Shown here in pieces: positions 46,312-55,649 of a DNA stretch of 64,000 nucleotides. The notes below the pieces were generated by a model. That model made no database searches, had not been told where the DNA came from, and saw nothing but the letters and a program-made list of their open reading frames with translations. Position numbers and translations under genes: made by a program. Positions within the stretch are counted from its first letter, which is position 1. Every line of letters begins with the position of its first letter. The stretch is taken from contig CAZFZX010000004.1 of NCBI GenBank assembly GCA_964523765.1, positions 1,394 to 65,393 on the forward strand, given 5' to 3'. Source of the DNA: an uncultured Enterobacteriaceae bacterium. GTDB lineage: Bacteria > Pseudomonadota > Gammaproteobacteria > Ga0077536.

Positions 46312-47238
46312 CTAGGACTTCGCCTCCTCCTCGCCCGGTTTCATGCCAAGCGCGCGTTGGGTCGCTTCCGGGAGGCCGGTCGGGTCCAGCAACACGTCGT
46401 AGAGTTTCAACCAATGGGTGTGGGCGAGCTGATGCAGGTGAAAAGCATTCTGCATGGCGAGCTTGCGGCCCTGCGCGTCCTGGCTCGCGTTGATCGCCTT
46501 CTTCGTCAACTTGAGCGCGAACCGCGACTTCGCCGCAATCTTGCGGGCCATCTCGAGCGCGGCCTCTTCTAGCTGCTCGCGCGGAACGACTTTATTGACC
46601 ATCCCGAGTGTCAGCGCGTCCGCGGCGCTCAATGCGTCGGAAGTAAACAACATCTCCTTGGCCTTGCGTGCGCCGACTTCCCACAGGTGCGTGAAGTATT
46701 CGACGCCGCCAACCCCGAAACTCACCGTGGGATCGGTGAAGCTCGCATCTTCAGTCGCGATGATTAAGTCGCAGGGCCAGGCCAGCATGAGGCCGCCGGC
46801 AATGCATTTGCCCTGCACCGCGGCGATCGTCGGCTTCGGGATATTGCGCCAGCGTTCGCTGAAACCGACGTAAATCTCTTCTTCACGGCTCATTTGTGCT
46901 TCAGCGCCGTCGCAGGTAAATCCGCACATCGTGCCGACGGTATCGTAGTCGTGCATATTCGCATGCCAGTTCTGTTCGGACAGATCATGGCCCGAGGAGA
47001 AGTGCTTACCGTTGGCCGCGAGAATGATGACGCGGATAGCCTCATCATGCGCCGCCCGATCGAACGCATCATTCAATTCGTAAAGGAATTGCGTGTCCTG
47101 GGCGTTCGCCGTTTTCGGACGATTGAGAACGATACGGGCGATGCCGTCCTCGGGAGTTTCATAGAGTATGTAGGTCGAGTCAGTTGTTGCGTCCATCTTA
47201 GTCCTCGCATCGATTGAATCGGTTTCCGCTACGGTCAC
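46312..47238 (-). CDS. Enoyl-CoA hydratase/isomerase family protein
   Basis: IARIVLNRPKTANAQD...VIILAANGKHFSSGHDL and AAVQGKCIAGGLMLAWPCDLI. Confidence 0.85.
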   Translation of the reverse strand: MTVAETDSIDARTKMDATTDSTYILYETPEDGIARIVLNRPKTANAQDTQFLYELNDAFDRAAHDEAIRVIILAANGKHFSSGHDLSEQNWHANMHDYDTVGTMCGFTCDGAEAQMSREEEIYVGFSERWRNIPKPTIAAVQGKCIAGGLMLAWPCDLIIATEDASFTDPTVSFGVGGVEYFTHLWEVGARKAKEMLFTSDALSAADALTLGMVNKVVPREQLEEAALEMARKIAAKSRFALKLTKKAINASQDAQGRKLAMQNAFHLHQLAHTHWLKLYDVLLDPTGLPEATQRALGMKPGEEEAKS

Positions 47239-47496
47239 TGCGCACGGATATCCTTTGAAACCTCAGTGTAGTTTAGGCGCGCATCGCATAGCGTAGCGTA
47301 AACCCGGGCGAGCCGCGCGCAATACCCGTGCTAAGGAACCTCTGATTCATTCTGGGACAGTCGAGTTGCCGCCCAAAATTGTTCAGGTCAAGGCGCGGCG
47401 CCCAGGCGATAGCCAGGGACTATTGGCAAGCGCCGCAACGCAGACCGGGACGATTTTGGGCGCAAGGCGACGTTCCATGAATTGATCAGGGGTTCC

Positions 47497-48129
47497 CTAG
47501 TTCTTGATCCCTTGTTCGTCCGCCCGTTTCGCCATTTCGAGCGACCAGCGGATTTCCTCCTCTTTGAAGAACAGTGCATCTTTTTCGCCTTTCGACAACG
47601 CGGCGCGTTGCGCTTTAAAGTGCGCCATCGCCGTCGCGAATAACGGTGCGAGCGCGGACTCGCGGATCTTGAGCGGCATATCCATGTAGTCTATCGACAT
47701 GATGTAGACGTGCTCTAGCAAGGCGTTGACGTAGCGGTGCCTTAGCGCGCTGAGTTCGGTACCCGGCGAGGCTTCGACGGCTGCGGCGGCACGATCGAGG
47801 TAACCCCGGTAGTGCGCGGTAGCGGCAGCCGCGGCCTGCCCTTCGCCAGCCCTGACCATGGCGCTGATCTCCGCGAGTTTCTCACGCGCGAATTCAAGAC
47901 AGAGACTCAAAGCCTCTTCGCCCGATTCAGCCAGCGCCAACTCGGCGCGTTCACCGATCCGATCGAGCGGGTACGTCAGTTGGTCCGGGGTCGTGCCGGG
48001 ATCCGGCAACCACTCGACGTCGCCGAAAGAATTCATCAAGCCGTGTCCGGCCTGAGCTGCCACAGCCGCGAGCAGCGACAGTACGAAGACCGCAAGGCGC
48101 GCGTTCGCAAGCGGCCGCCGTCCGCTCAT
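47497..48129 (-). CDS. Secreted all-helical protein, function unknown
   Basis: Signal peptide (LAVFVLSLLAAVAAQA) and an Ala/Glu-rich helical body. There is a 4-nt overlap with the upstream lipoprotein gene. Confidence 0.5.
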   Translation of the reverse strand: MSGRRPLANARLAVFVLSLLAAVAAQAGHGLMNSFGDVEWLPDPGTTPDQLTYPLDRIGERAELALAESGEEALSLCLEFAREKLAEISAMVRAGEGQAAAAATAHYRGYLDRAAAAVEASPGTELSALRHRYVNALLEHVYIMSIDYMDMPLKIRESALAPLFATAMAHFKAQRAALSKGEKDALFFKEEEIRWSLEMAKRADEQGIKN

Positions 48130-49097
48130 AGGTCGCTCAAGGGATGCATGGTCGTATCGATGCCCTCGACAAACGGAACGGCATCGACCACGAATTGAAA
48201 CAACTCGGGCTCGCCTTTCGGCGCTGCCTGCAGAAAGAGGTGATATCTACCGGGCTCCGGAAACACGTAACGCATGGGGATGGTCGGTCCCGAAAACACC
48301 AGTTCCGCATCGAGGCACATCAATTGAACCAACATCTCGGCGATCCGGGCGCCGCGCAGAGCCGGCTCGATACCGCGATCGTGGGCGAGTTCTATGATCG
48401 CCGCAACGCGCGGGGTGTGGCTGTGCAAATGGCCGAAATACTTGCCATCGTCCCGCCAGACGGCTGCGTGCAGCTCCGAGCCGAGATACAGCTCGAGATC
48501 GGTTACCGGCGCACCGTCTCGTTGGATCTCCAATACGAGTTCCGTCTCGTAACCCGCGACCGGAGTCTGGGGCGAAACCCGCAAAGTCGCCGTGTAATCA
48601 CCGAACCGCCGGGCCCGCGCGCTGTCCACGGGTACGCTGGCGACGGGGCCGGGTGCGCCGACTTCAATATCGAAGTGTTTTGTCCAAAGTCGGTCCTGGT
48701 GGGCAAATTCGCTGACGATGCGATAGTGTCCGGCTTTCGGAAAACGGTAAGGGAAACGCACGCGGGTCTCGGTTCGATCGCTGTCGGTGAAGGGATGGAA
48801 GTCCTCGTGGTGGACATGGGCGAAACTCGAGAAATCGAGGTTCACGATGAAGTGATGCATGAGACGTTCGTGCGCGAGCTGGAGCTCCCGGACCGGCCTG
48901 CCGCTCTGGGTGTGGGTCAGTTGGAAATTAAACTGCGTTTCCTCGCCCGGTCGCGGGGCCCCCGGATCGAGCTGCAAGGTCAGGCGGTAGGGTCCGCCGG
49001 GCCGGCCTTCTAGCCGCCGGTCTTCGTCCTCGGCACAAGCCGCGAGCAGGACCAGGGCGCTGATGACGACAATCCAATAACGCATGGGCACGATCAT
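48126..49097 (-). CDS. Lipoprotein with His-rich motifs, unknown function
   Basis: Lipobox VLLAAC. His clusters: LMHHFIVNLDFSSFAHVHHEDFHPF and GHLHSHTP. Two Ig-like-length repeats. Confidence 0.55.
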   Translation of the reverse strand: MIVPMRYWIVVISALVLLAACAEDEDRRLEGRPGGPYRLTLQLDPGAPRPGEETQFNFQLTHTQSGRPVRELQLAHERLMHHFIVNLDFSSFAHVHHEDFHPFTDSDRTETRVRFPYRFPKAGHYRIVSEFAHQDRLWTKHFDIEVGAPGPVASVPVDSARARRFGDYTATLRVSPQTPVAGYETELVLEIQRDGAPVTDLELYLGSELHAAVWRDDGKYFGHLHSHTPRVAAIIELAHDRGIEPALRGARIAEMLVQLMCLDAELVFSGPTIPMRYVFPEPGRYHLFLQAAPKGEPELFQFVVDAVPFVEGIDTTMHPLSDL

Positions 49098-49167
49098 GGA
49101 CCACGAGTCGCCTACTCTACAAGGGTACGAAGGTCAACGCTCGACGCCTGGATCAAGCGCCGCGAAG

Positions 49168-50529
49168 TCATTCTCCGGTCGCGTTACCCGGGGCGCCCGC
49201 GGTTTCGAAAACCAGATGACCGGCTTCGTTTTGCGCCCGTACGCGCGCTTCCACTTGTGCCGGTACAGCGACATTCCGCTCGCCCGGAAACTTTTCCGGG
49301 TGTAGGTGCGGCCGCAAAAAATACTCATCAGGGTCGCTGATCAGGACCTGGCCTTTCATCGGTTCTATCAACCAGTCGCGGCGCATGAACTCGGCGGTGA
49401 AGATCATGGCTTTCTGTTCCTCGGTCCACTCACGCACGTGCATGGGGTTGTGAAAACTATAACTGATCAAATCATTCGGAATGTTCCAATAAACGGTACT
49501 AAATGCGGTGTACCCGAACGTCCCGAGCTCGGGACGTTCGTGCTCGGCGAGTCTGACTTCGACGGTCATCAGCGCGCCGTCCTTATCGTATTTTTCCCGC
49601 CGCAGCGGATAGAACGTCGTTTTCTCCAACCACAGGATCAGAGTTTTCTCGCTGTATCCCGGCAGCCAGTCGTCCCTCGCCGTCGCCTTCACGACCCAAC
49701 ATGCAACGCCGCCATCGGCAAGGTAATGTGGATAGTCGTCGCCCATGGGTTTCAGTGAATCAGTCGCCCGCTCCACGAACCCTTGGCTGTGTCGGTTGAG
49801 GGTGATGGTCGGGCGCGTCGTCGGGAATCGAATCGTCTCGTATAAGACGTCCGTCCCCAACAGCTCCCACTCGAACTCCCAGGGGTCACGGCCGATCACA
49901 TCATCGAAGGTCTGGGCGTTGTCCGCAAAGCGTTGGTCCCGCCGCGGTTCAGGCTGACGGCGTACGCGTCGAAGCTGCGGGGAATAAACGAAGAAATCCA
50001 TCTTCGTGCGGAACTCCCTGTCCGTCCGCCGGGTCGCCCACAGTTGCTGGGTCCCCTCGTTTTCCGGTGGAAAGATGTCGTAGGCCATCCAGCGCCCATA
50101 GACGTCACCCGGCTTCGTGGCATAGAGGTAGCCCTCATACCCCACCCCGGGTTCCAGCATCATATAGAAGATCGTCTCGCCCTGATTGATATAACCGGAA
50201 CTCGTGATCGCGCCAAATACATCGAGCATCGCCCCCTGCCAGCGCGCGACGTGCGGGAAGTTCGCGGCGCGATAGCCCATTTCCTCTACCGTATACGGCG
50301 CTTCGAAGGGGTAGCGCTCGGCCGGCATGTAGGGAAACTCCGAATCGCGCGGTGTCGACGTCGCCGGGTCGAACAAGGCCTTGTCCTCCGCGCTCATTTG
50401 GGCAACTGTTTTCCAGATCTGCTCGGCATTTGCGTCGGCGATCATCGACCCGCCGCATAAGAGAGCGACGAGCGCCAACCCCACACGGCGGCGGGCGTTC
50501 GTTGTCTCGCGTCGCAATTCAGAACTCAT
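49168..50529 (-). CDS. DUF1329-like periplasmic protein (LolA-like fold family)
   Basis: Signal peptide. The block FFVYSPQLRRVRRQPEPRRDQRF is typical of DUF1329. It overlaps the DUF1302-like gene. Confidence 0.6.
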   Translation of the reverse strand: MSSELRRETTNARRRVGLALVALLCGGSMIADANAEQIWKTVAQMSAEDKALFDPATSTPRDSEFPYMPAERYPFEAPYTVEEMGYRAANFPHVARWQGAMLDVFGAITSSGYINQGETIFYMMLEPGVGYEGYLYATKPGDVYGRWMAYDIFPPENEGTQQLWATRRTDREFRTKMDFFVYSPQLRRVRRQPEPRRDQRFADNAQTFDDVIGRDPWEFEWELLGTDVLYETIRFPTTRPTITLNRHSQGFVERATDSLKPMGDDYPHYLADGGVACWVVKATARDDWLPGYSEKTLILWLEKTTFYPLRREKYDKDGALMTVEVRLAEHERPELGTFGYTAFSTVYWNIPNDLISYSFHNPMHVREWTEEQKAMIFTAEFMRRDWLIEPMKGQVLISDPDEYFLRPHLHPEKFPGERNVAVPAQVEARVRAQNEAGHLVFETAGAPGNATGE

Positions 50530-52069
50530 AACTCAGCTCCCAGCCGAAGTTATCCCACTCTTCATACTGCCCGTAAAGACCCGTATCGTCACCGCTGTCG
50601 TAGCCATTATAGATGAGCTGGCCGGTGACGAATTGCGAAAACTTGTACTTGAAGCGCAGTTTCGATTTGATCCCCTGCCAGTCGGCCGAGGGTCCGCTGA
50701 CGACGGGAAAGACGGTGAACTCCATACTCAAGCGATCGCGGGTAAACGCGAACGGCCTCGAAACGTTCGCGACCGGGATCACGGTCCACTCGTCCCCAAT
50801 CCCACCGCCGAAGCCCGGCCCGAGTGTGTTTTTCCAGTCGAATGTATAGAACAGCGACCCCTGCACAATGAAAGTGGTTCGCGCCGGTAGACCAAACTCG
50901 GCCGCCACGGCGGCGCGTAAAGTGTCGCGCTTGGACGTACCGTCGAGGTTTGCGCCCGCCAGCGCGGCGGCGCGTTTGCCGAAATCTGCAAACCGCACGC
51001 CGTTGGTATAGAGCGCCTCCACCCGAAAGACGGTCGGTAGGACATTGACGTAAGGGACGTCCGTAAACGTCGTCCCGTAGTCCGCCGTGATACCGAAGTG
51101 ATGGAGCCGTTCGTGCTTCGGCCGCACGCGGAGTACCGTGCGACCAGCGCTGAGCTGGGTCCCGATGACGTGATCGACCGGGTTCTTGTCCCAGGCATAG
51201 AGGTAGACGAACCCGTAGGTCAGGGCCCCCTGGGCGCGATCGAAACGCAGGCCGTATTCGTGGTCGGCGAAGCGACCGGCGTTCGGCCGGTCCACGTCCA
51301 ACACGACGTCGGTGATCGCGCTCGGCGGCGGGACGAGGGGTGAGGCCCACGGCGATCCCGGCAGGGCCTGCCGGTCGTGCTCGAAATCAAAGATATAGAG
51401 TACTTGCAGCGAGTTGCGCCCGAAATAGAAGGTGCTGCTCGCCATCCAGGTCGGCAGGCGCCGCCACTCGTAGTCCTCGGTCTCGAGCTGCACCGATTCG
51501 CGGCGGTCCATGGCGTTGACGGTATCGATGAACTGCCCGTCCATTTTACCCCAGGCGATCTGCTGCTTGCCGATCTTCAAATCGACGCCTGGTATGCGAT
51601 AGCTGAGATACGCCTCGCGCAGGATCCGCTCGCTATCGTGATAGACCTCGGCGGTTCGATCGATGTCGTCGGCGAACAATCCGTCCGATTTTTGCCAGTC
51701 GTAGACCCCATCGTAGAGGAAGTGCGAGACGACGTTGAAGTCGAGTCCCGGCGCAAAATGATAGCCCGATTCGAGTTCCAGCAGATTCTGCAATTGCAGG
51801 AAACGGAAATCCTGGTCGCGGAATCCGACCGTGCCGTCTTCGTCGGTCAGCACATCCGACCATTGGCGTAAGAACCCCTTGAACCGGAGATTGGGGAATC
51901 GCCGCTCGATGGGCTTACGCACGTGCTCGCCGATGGGATTGAACTTCGCCATCGCACGGTCGAATTTGGACCAGGTGTCGGCGAGCGTGCCTGCAGCAAG
52001 CGGCATAGCGAATGAGAATAGGAGCAACGGCGCCAGCAGGCGATAAAGAAACGCCTTCGTGATTGTCAT
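50519..52069 (-). CDS. DUF1302-like outer-membrane beta-barrel protein
   Basis: Signal peptide, alternating beta-strand pattern and a C-terminal ...WELSYEF (aromatic terminus of OM barrels). Paired with DUF1329 as usual. Confidence 0.6.
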   Translation of the reverse strand: MTITKAFLYRLLAPLLLFSFAMPLAAGTLADTWSKFDRAMAKFNPIGEHVRKPIERRFPNLRFKGFLRQWSDVLTDEDGTVGFRDQDFRFLQLQNLLELESGYHFAPGLDFNVVSHFLYDGVYDWQKSDGLFADDIDRTAEVYHDSERILREAYLSYRIPGVDLKIGKQQIAWGKMDGQFIDTVNAMDRRESVQLETEDYEWRRLPTWMASSTFYFGRNSLQVLYIFDFEHDRQALPGSPWASPLVPPPSAITDVVLDVDRPNAGRFADHEYGLRFDRAQGALTYGFVYLYAWDKNPVDHVIGTQLSAGRTVLRVRPKHERLHHFGITADYGTTFTDVPYVNVLPTVFRVEALYTNGVRFADFGKRAAALAGANLDGTSKRDTLRAAVAAEFGLPARTTFIVQGSLFYTFDWKNTLGPGFGGGIGDEWTVIPVANVSRPFAFTRDRLSMEFTVFPVVSGPSADWQGIKSKLRFKYKFSQFVTGQLIYNGYDSGDDTGLYGQYEEWDNFGWELSYEF

Positions 52070-52185
52070 CCCCGATCTCCCGGCAAATCACGCGTGCGAG
52101 GCGACCTGCCGCGGCGGAAGAATCACCGCCCAGAGCGTCGTACCGTTGAATTGCAGTTAATCTAATTTATATGAAGTATACCCTA

Positions 52186-52214
52186 ACTATATTAATAAAT
52201 TATATATTTAGCAA
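52186..52214 (-). promoter_or_regulatory. Sigma70-type promoter candidate for the DUF1302/DUF1329 operon
   Basis: On the minus strand: TTGCTA (52214-52209), 17 nt, TATAGT (52191-52186). It sits inside an AT-rich island about 115 nt upstream of the start at 52069. Confidence 0.45.
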
Positions 52215-52299
52215 CTACTTAAAGTGTTTTCGAGATACTCCTTGATCAATTTCAACCGGTTGAGGGAAAAATGCGAGATCCAGAACGGCCGCTTGTCCG

Positions 52300-53706
52300 C
52301 TACAGCGGCGGCCGCCGCAGGTGCCAGTCGGTCGCCCGTTGAAAGCTATACCCGGCGTTCAATACAGCCGCCTCCTCGAAAGCGGGCCCGACCAACTGCA
52401 GCGACACCGGCATCTGGTCGCCGGCGAAGCCGCACGGCACTACCAGCGCCGGCAGGCCCGTGAGATCGAAAGGTTCGGTATTACGCAGCATCGCCCCAAA
52501 TACCCCGTCGGGTACGCCGCGCACGTCGACTTCGGCGACCCCGATCGGCGCGGCCGTGATGGGAACGGCGGGCATGGCGAGAATGTCGACATCGCTATAG
52601 ACGGCGGCCATCGACTGACCAAGCAGGCTCCGGTAGCGTTGGGCGTGCAGGTAATCCTTCGCCAGGACCTGGTTGCCGAGCTCGATGAAGGTCCGCACCT
52701 GCTCGGTATAGAGGCCCGGATCGCGATCGATCTGATCGTCGTGATAGGCGACCGCTTCTGCCAGATAGATAGCCATGGCTGCGGCGGCTGCGTGTTCGAT
52801 GTGGGGGATGTCGACATCGACGAGTACCGCGCCCCCGACCTCGAGTTCCGCCAGCGCGGCGCGGACGCAAGTATCGACGTCGGCCTGAGCGCGATCGAAG
52901 AAATGCCGATTGGGCACACCGATCCGAAGACCGGCGATCCCGCCGGTCAAAGCCGCGCGATAGTCGGGGACCGGGCGTGAGGAGCTGGCGGCATCGTTAG
53001 GGTCCTGCCCCGCCATGGCGCCCAACAACAGCGCGCAATCCTCCGCCGAACGCGCCAGCGGGCCGGCGTGATCCATCGTCCAGCACAAGGGAAATATCCC
53101 GTGGCGGGAGATCCGGCCATAGGTCGGCTTCAATCCGGTGACGCCGCAGCACGCCGCCGGCATCCGGATCGAGCCGCCGGTATCGCTGCCGGTCGCGGCG
53201 GGCAACAGCCGGCCGCCAACGGCGGCGCCGGAGCCGCCGCTGGAGCCGCCACTGAAGCAGTCCACGTTCCAGGGGTTGCGGCACGGGCCGAAATACGATG
53301 AATCGTTGGTCGGACCGTAGGCGAATTCGTGGGTGTTCAATTTTCCGAGCATGACCATACCGGCGTCGGCGAGCCGGGCGACCGCGGTCGCGTCGAAGTC
53401 GGGAACGAAATCTGCGTTGACCGCCGATCCGGCCGTCGTACGCACGCCCTTCGTGTAATACAAATCCTTATAACCGATCGGCACGCCGTGGAGCGGCCCG
53501 CGCGAACGGCCCGCGCGGAGTTCCGCCTGCATTGCCTCGGCGCTCTCGAGCGCAGTCTCAGCGGTAAGCGTGACGACCGCATTGATACGTTCGTTGACCA
53601 TACCGATGCGATCGAGAAACGCGCTCGTTACTTCCGTCGCAGAAAAATCACCGGCAGCGATCCCGGCGCCCAGCTCCGTTGCACTCAAGCGAATGAGGTC
53701 GCTCAT
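52300..53706 (-). CDS. Amidase-signature family amidase (GatA/AtzE-like)
   Basis: Amidase signature GGSSGGSGAAV with the catalytic region GSDTGGSIRMPAACCG. Confidence 0.85.
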   Translation of the reverse strand: MSDLIRLSATELGAGIAAGDFSATEVTSAFLDRIGMVNERINAVVTLTAETALESAEAMQAELRAGRSRGPLHGVPIGYKDLYYTKGVRTTAGSAVNADFVPDFDATAVARLADAGMVMLGKLNTHEFAYGPTNDSSYFGPCRNPWNVDCFSGGSSGGSGAAVGGRLLPAATGSDTGGSIRMPAACCGVTGLKPTYGRISRHGIFPLCWTMDHAGPLARSAEDCALLLGAMAGQDPNDAASSSRPVPDYRAALTGGIAGLRIGVPNRHFFDRAQADVDTCVRAALAELEVGGAVLVDVDIPHIEHAAAAAMAIYLAEAVAYHDDQIDRDPGLYTEQVRTFIELGNQVLAKDYLHAQRYRSLLGQSMAAVYSDVDILAMPAVPITAAPIGVAEVDVRGVPDGVFGAMLRNTEPFDLTGLPALVVPCGFAGDQMPVSLQLVGPAFEEAAVLNAGYSFQRATDWHLRRPPL

Positions 53707-53909
53707 GACTCGCTACCTTCGACCGGTTGGAACACGATCGCGGGCTCAACGTCCTTCAGCGGGAGCGCGCGGAGGCCTTCGAACATTTGATAGATCGGCT
53801 CGGCGTAAGCCAGGTACGCTTCGGCACGCGTCGGATCGAGCCCTTGCCCGGCATATTGTGCGGCTACCGCCTGGATCGTATCGCTGGTGACGGATTCACG
53901 TTTGCTCAT
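53703..53909 (-). CDS. Small (68 aa) partner protein of the amidase (GatC/AtzG-like, DUF4089-like)
   Basis: ATG at 53909 lies 9 nt after GGAG. Its stop overlaps the amidase ATG (ATGA). Size and position are as for AtzG/GatC-like subunits. Similarity judged by eye only. Confidence 0.45.
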   Translation of the reverse strand: MSKRESVTSDTIQAVAAQYAGQGLDPTRAEAYLAYAEPIYQMFEGLRALPLKDVEPAIVFQPVEGSES

Positions 53910-54056
53910 GATGCATACTCCGATTAGGGCTGCGGCCGGCGCCGCAGGTATCAGTCGGGGAATATCCCACAATCCGACGTCCTATACCCCATCGGACATG
54001 CGGTAGCCTACCGCAAGAGGCCTGTCCCGGCTCCCTGCGGGAGACACCCATTTGGG

Positions 54057-54467
54057 TCAGGCATCAAACGTGCCGCCGATGGACGCGGTATCGTTATACT
54101 CCCGCACGTATTTGAGCTTGCCGTCGTTCGCGAATCTGAACTCCCAGATGAATTGCATATCGCAGGCTCGGCCGGTCGATATCGCTTTACCGTTCTTTTC
54201 GACGCCGGTCGCTGCCAGAATTTTCGTTTCGGGATCAAAAATAAAGTCATGAAAGACCAGTTCGCCGATTACCCAGTTCGCGCTAATCTGCTCGAGATAG
54301 GTCTGCAGACCGGCGGCACCATCGTAACTACCGCCGAAAGGAACATGCGGCGGAAGAAAGTTCTCCCAGACAAAGTCGTCGGAAATCATTTCCAGGCACT
54401 TGGGAAAGTCTGTAAGCATCAGCTCCAAATACTTGTTCGCTGTGTCGATAGCTTGTTGTTTGTTCAT
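54057..54467 (-). CDS. SnoaL-like/NTF2-fold protein (ketosteroid-isomerase-like)
   Basis: 136-aa ORF with FVWENFLPPHVPFGGSYDGAAGLQTYL...FRFANDGKLKYVREY. Confidence 0.65.
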   Translation of the reverse strand: MNKQQAIDTANKYLELMLTDFPKCLEMISDDFVWENFLPPHVPFGGSYDGAAGLQTYLEQISANWVIGELVFHDFIFDPETKILAATGVEKNGKAISTGRACDMQFIWEFRFANDGKLKYVREYNDTASIGGTFDA

Positions 54468-54890
54468 AGTTTTTCCTCACTTGAACCAGACCTGCCCAAG
54501 ATGGCCAGATGATTTAACGTGCATTGCCTTGATTGCTTACGACTCGGTTGTGCCGCGGTCGTCTGATCGGGGCGTTCATCGCTCTCAGTTTCACCCCAGA
54601 GTTCGATCCTCACGCGGCTCTCCCCGCGTCGGCGTAATACGGACCTCGTCCGGACCGTCAGCCAGGCGCAGCGCTAGAATCTTGTCACTCTATAGTCGAA
54701 ATTCATGTTGCGCTATCACCTCGCGTCGGTTCTCGACGGTGTGCTGAAGCCTTGCGTGGTGATTACCGAAGCCGGACGTTGGCTATCGCCGTTTCGTCGG
54801 TGGGAAAGCTGCGTATAGACACGCGGGAGCGGTCGATCTGATTTGATCGAGTACAAAGGACTGTGCCGGGTTTGCATCGTCGCCTCTACG

Positions 54891-55649
54891 CTATTGGTCG
54901 AACGCGAGCCGGAGCCAACCCGGGGTCGTGAGCTTGTGGCCGTCGCGTTGGGCTGCCGCGCCTTCCCACAACGCGCAAGCAAACGGCACCGGGCGACCAC
55001 CCTGCAAACGGGCGTGGTACTCACCCTCACTGTCGAGCGGGCGCGACAAAACGACTGTCCAGCGAGCACGGTCCGCGTCGAAGTCGCTCGCCGCCGTGAC
55101 GTTTTGCAATGGCAACGCCTCGGTACTACCGAAGCCGGCGGCGGCGAGGTTCTCGGCGCCGGCCCGGCCCGCGCGCCAGTACCAGATGTTCACCGGTGTG
55201 TCCGCCGCCCCCATCATGTAGGACGTCGAATCCCCACCGTCGAGCGCGAACTGAACGGCTGCGGCATCGGCGAAACGCGCATAGGCATTCGTCGCCTCGC
55301 GGCTTTCATCGCGCCACGACAACAGGATGTAGAGGCGCTCGTCATCGCGCGCCGCGCTGATGTCCAACTCGCGGGTGCGCATTGACACCTCGCCCTGGAG
55401 ACTTACCGACTGATGCACCGGCGGCGCGGGCTGGAGCGTGACCCGATAGCGCGGTACGCGGTGCCAAATCGGTGAGCGGGGATCGTTGTCGCTCCGCAGA
55501 AAAATGTCCGAGGCGATCACCGGTACCGGGATCGTTGCGTTCACCTCGACCGGAAACACGGAGGGATCGGCTCCCGTGTTACCTGCACCGGACAGGCAGG
55601 AACAGAGCAGCAATGCACGAATATGCCGACGCGAGTCGTTGCGATTCAT
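54891..55649 (-). CDS. Type II DMSO-reductase-family gamma subunit (EB_dh haem-b domain) with N-terminal leader
   Basis: DAAAVQFAL...SYMMGA and QRDGHKLTTPGW ligand regions. Leader RRHIRALLLCSCLSGAG. The ATG at 55649 overlaps the delta stop (ATGA). The ORF is open to 55655. Confidence 0.7.
   Translation of the reverse strand: MNRNDSRRHIRALLLCSCLSGAGNTGADPSVFPVEVNATIPVPVIASDIFLRSDNDPRSPIWHRVPRYRVTLQPAPPVHQSVSLQGEVSMRTRELDISAARDDERLYILLSWRDESREATNAYARFADAAAVQFALDGGDSTSYMMGAADTPVNIWYWRAGRAGAENLAAAGFGSTEALPLQNVTAASDFDADRARWTVVLSRPLDSEGEYHARLQGGRPVPFACALWEGAAAQRDGHKLTTPGWLRLAFDQ

Noticed and set aside
54550-54622. tRNA-like T-arm string gagttcgatcctc (54599-54611) followed by gcggctc, which suggested a tRNA or tRNA-derived att site.
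   Set aside because: I could not fold a cloverleaf. The T-stem pairs only 3 bp, there is no D-arm or anticodon arm, the acceptor pairing has a mismatch, and no CCA or discriminator context is present. It is probably coincidental, or at best a decayed remnant.
54843-54856. FNR-like string ttgatcgagtacaa downstream of the second DMSOR operon.
   Set aside because: There are two mismatches in the right half-site, and it lies about 380 bp from the nearest start codon. Too weak to call.
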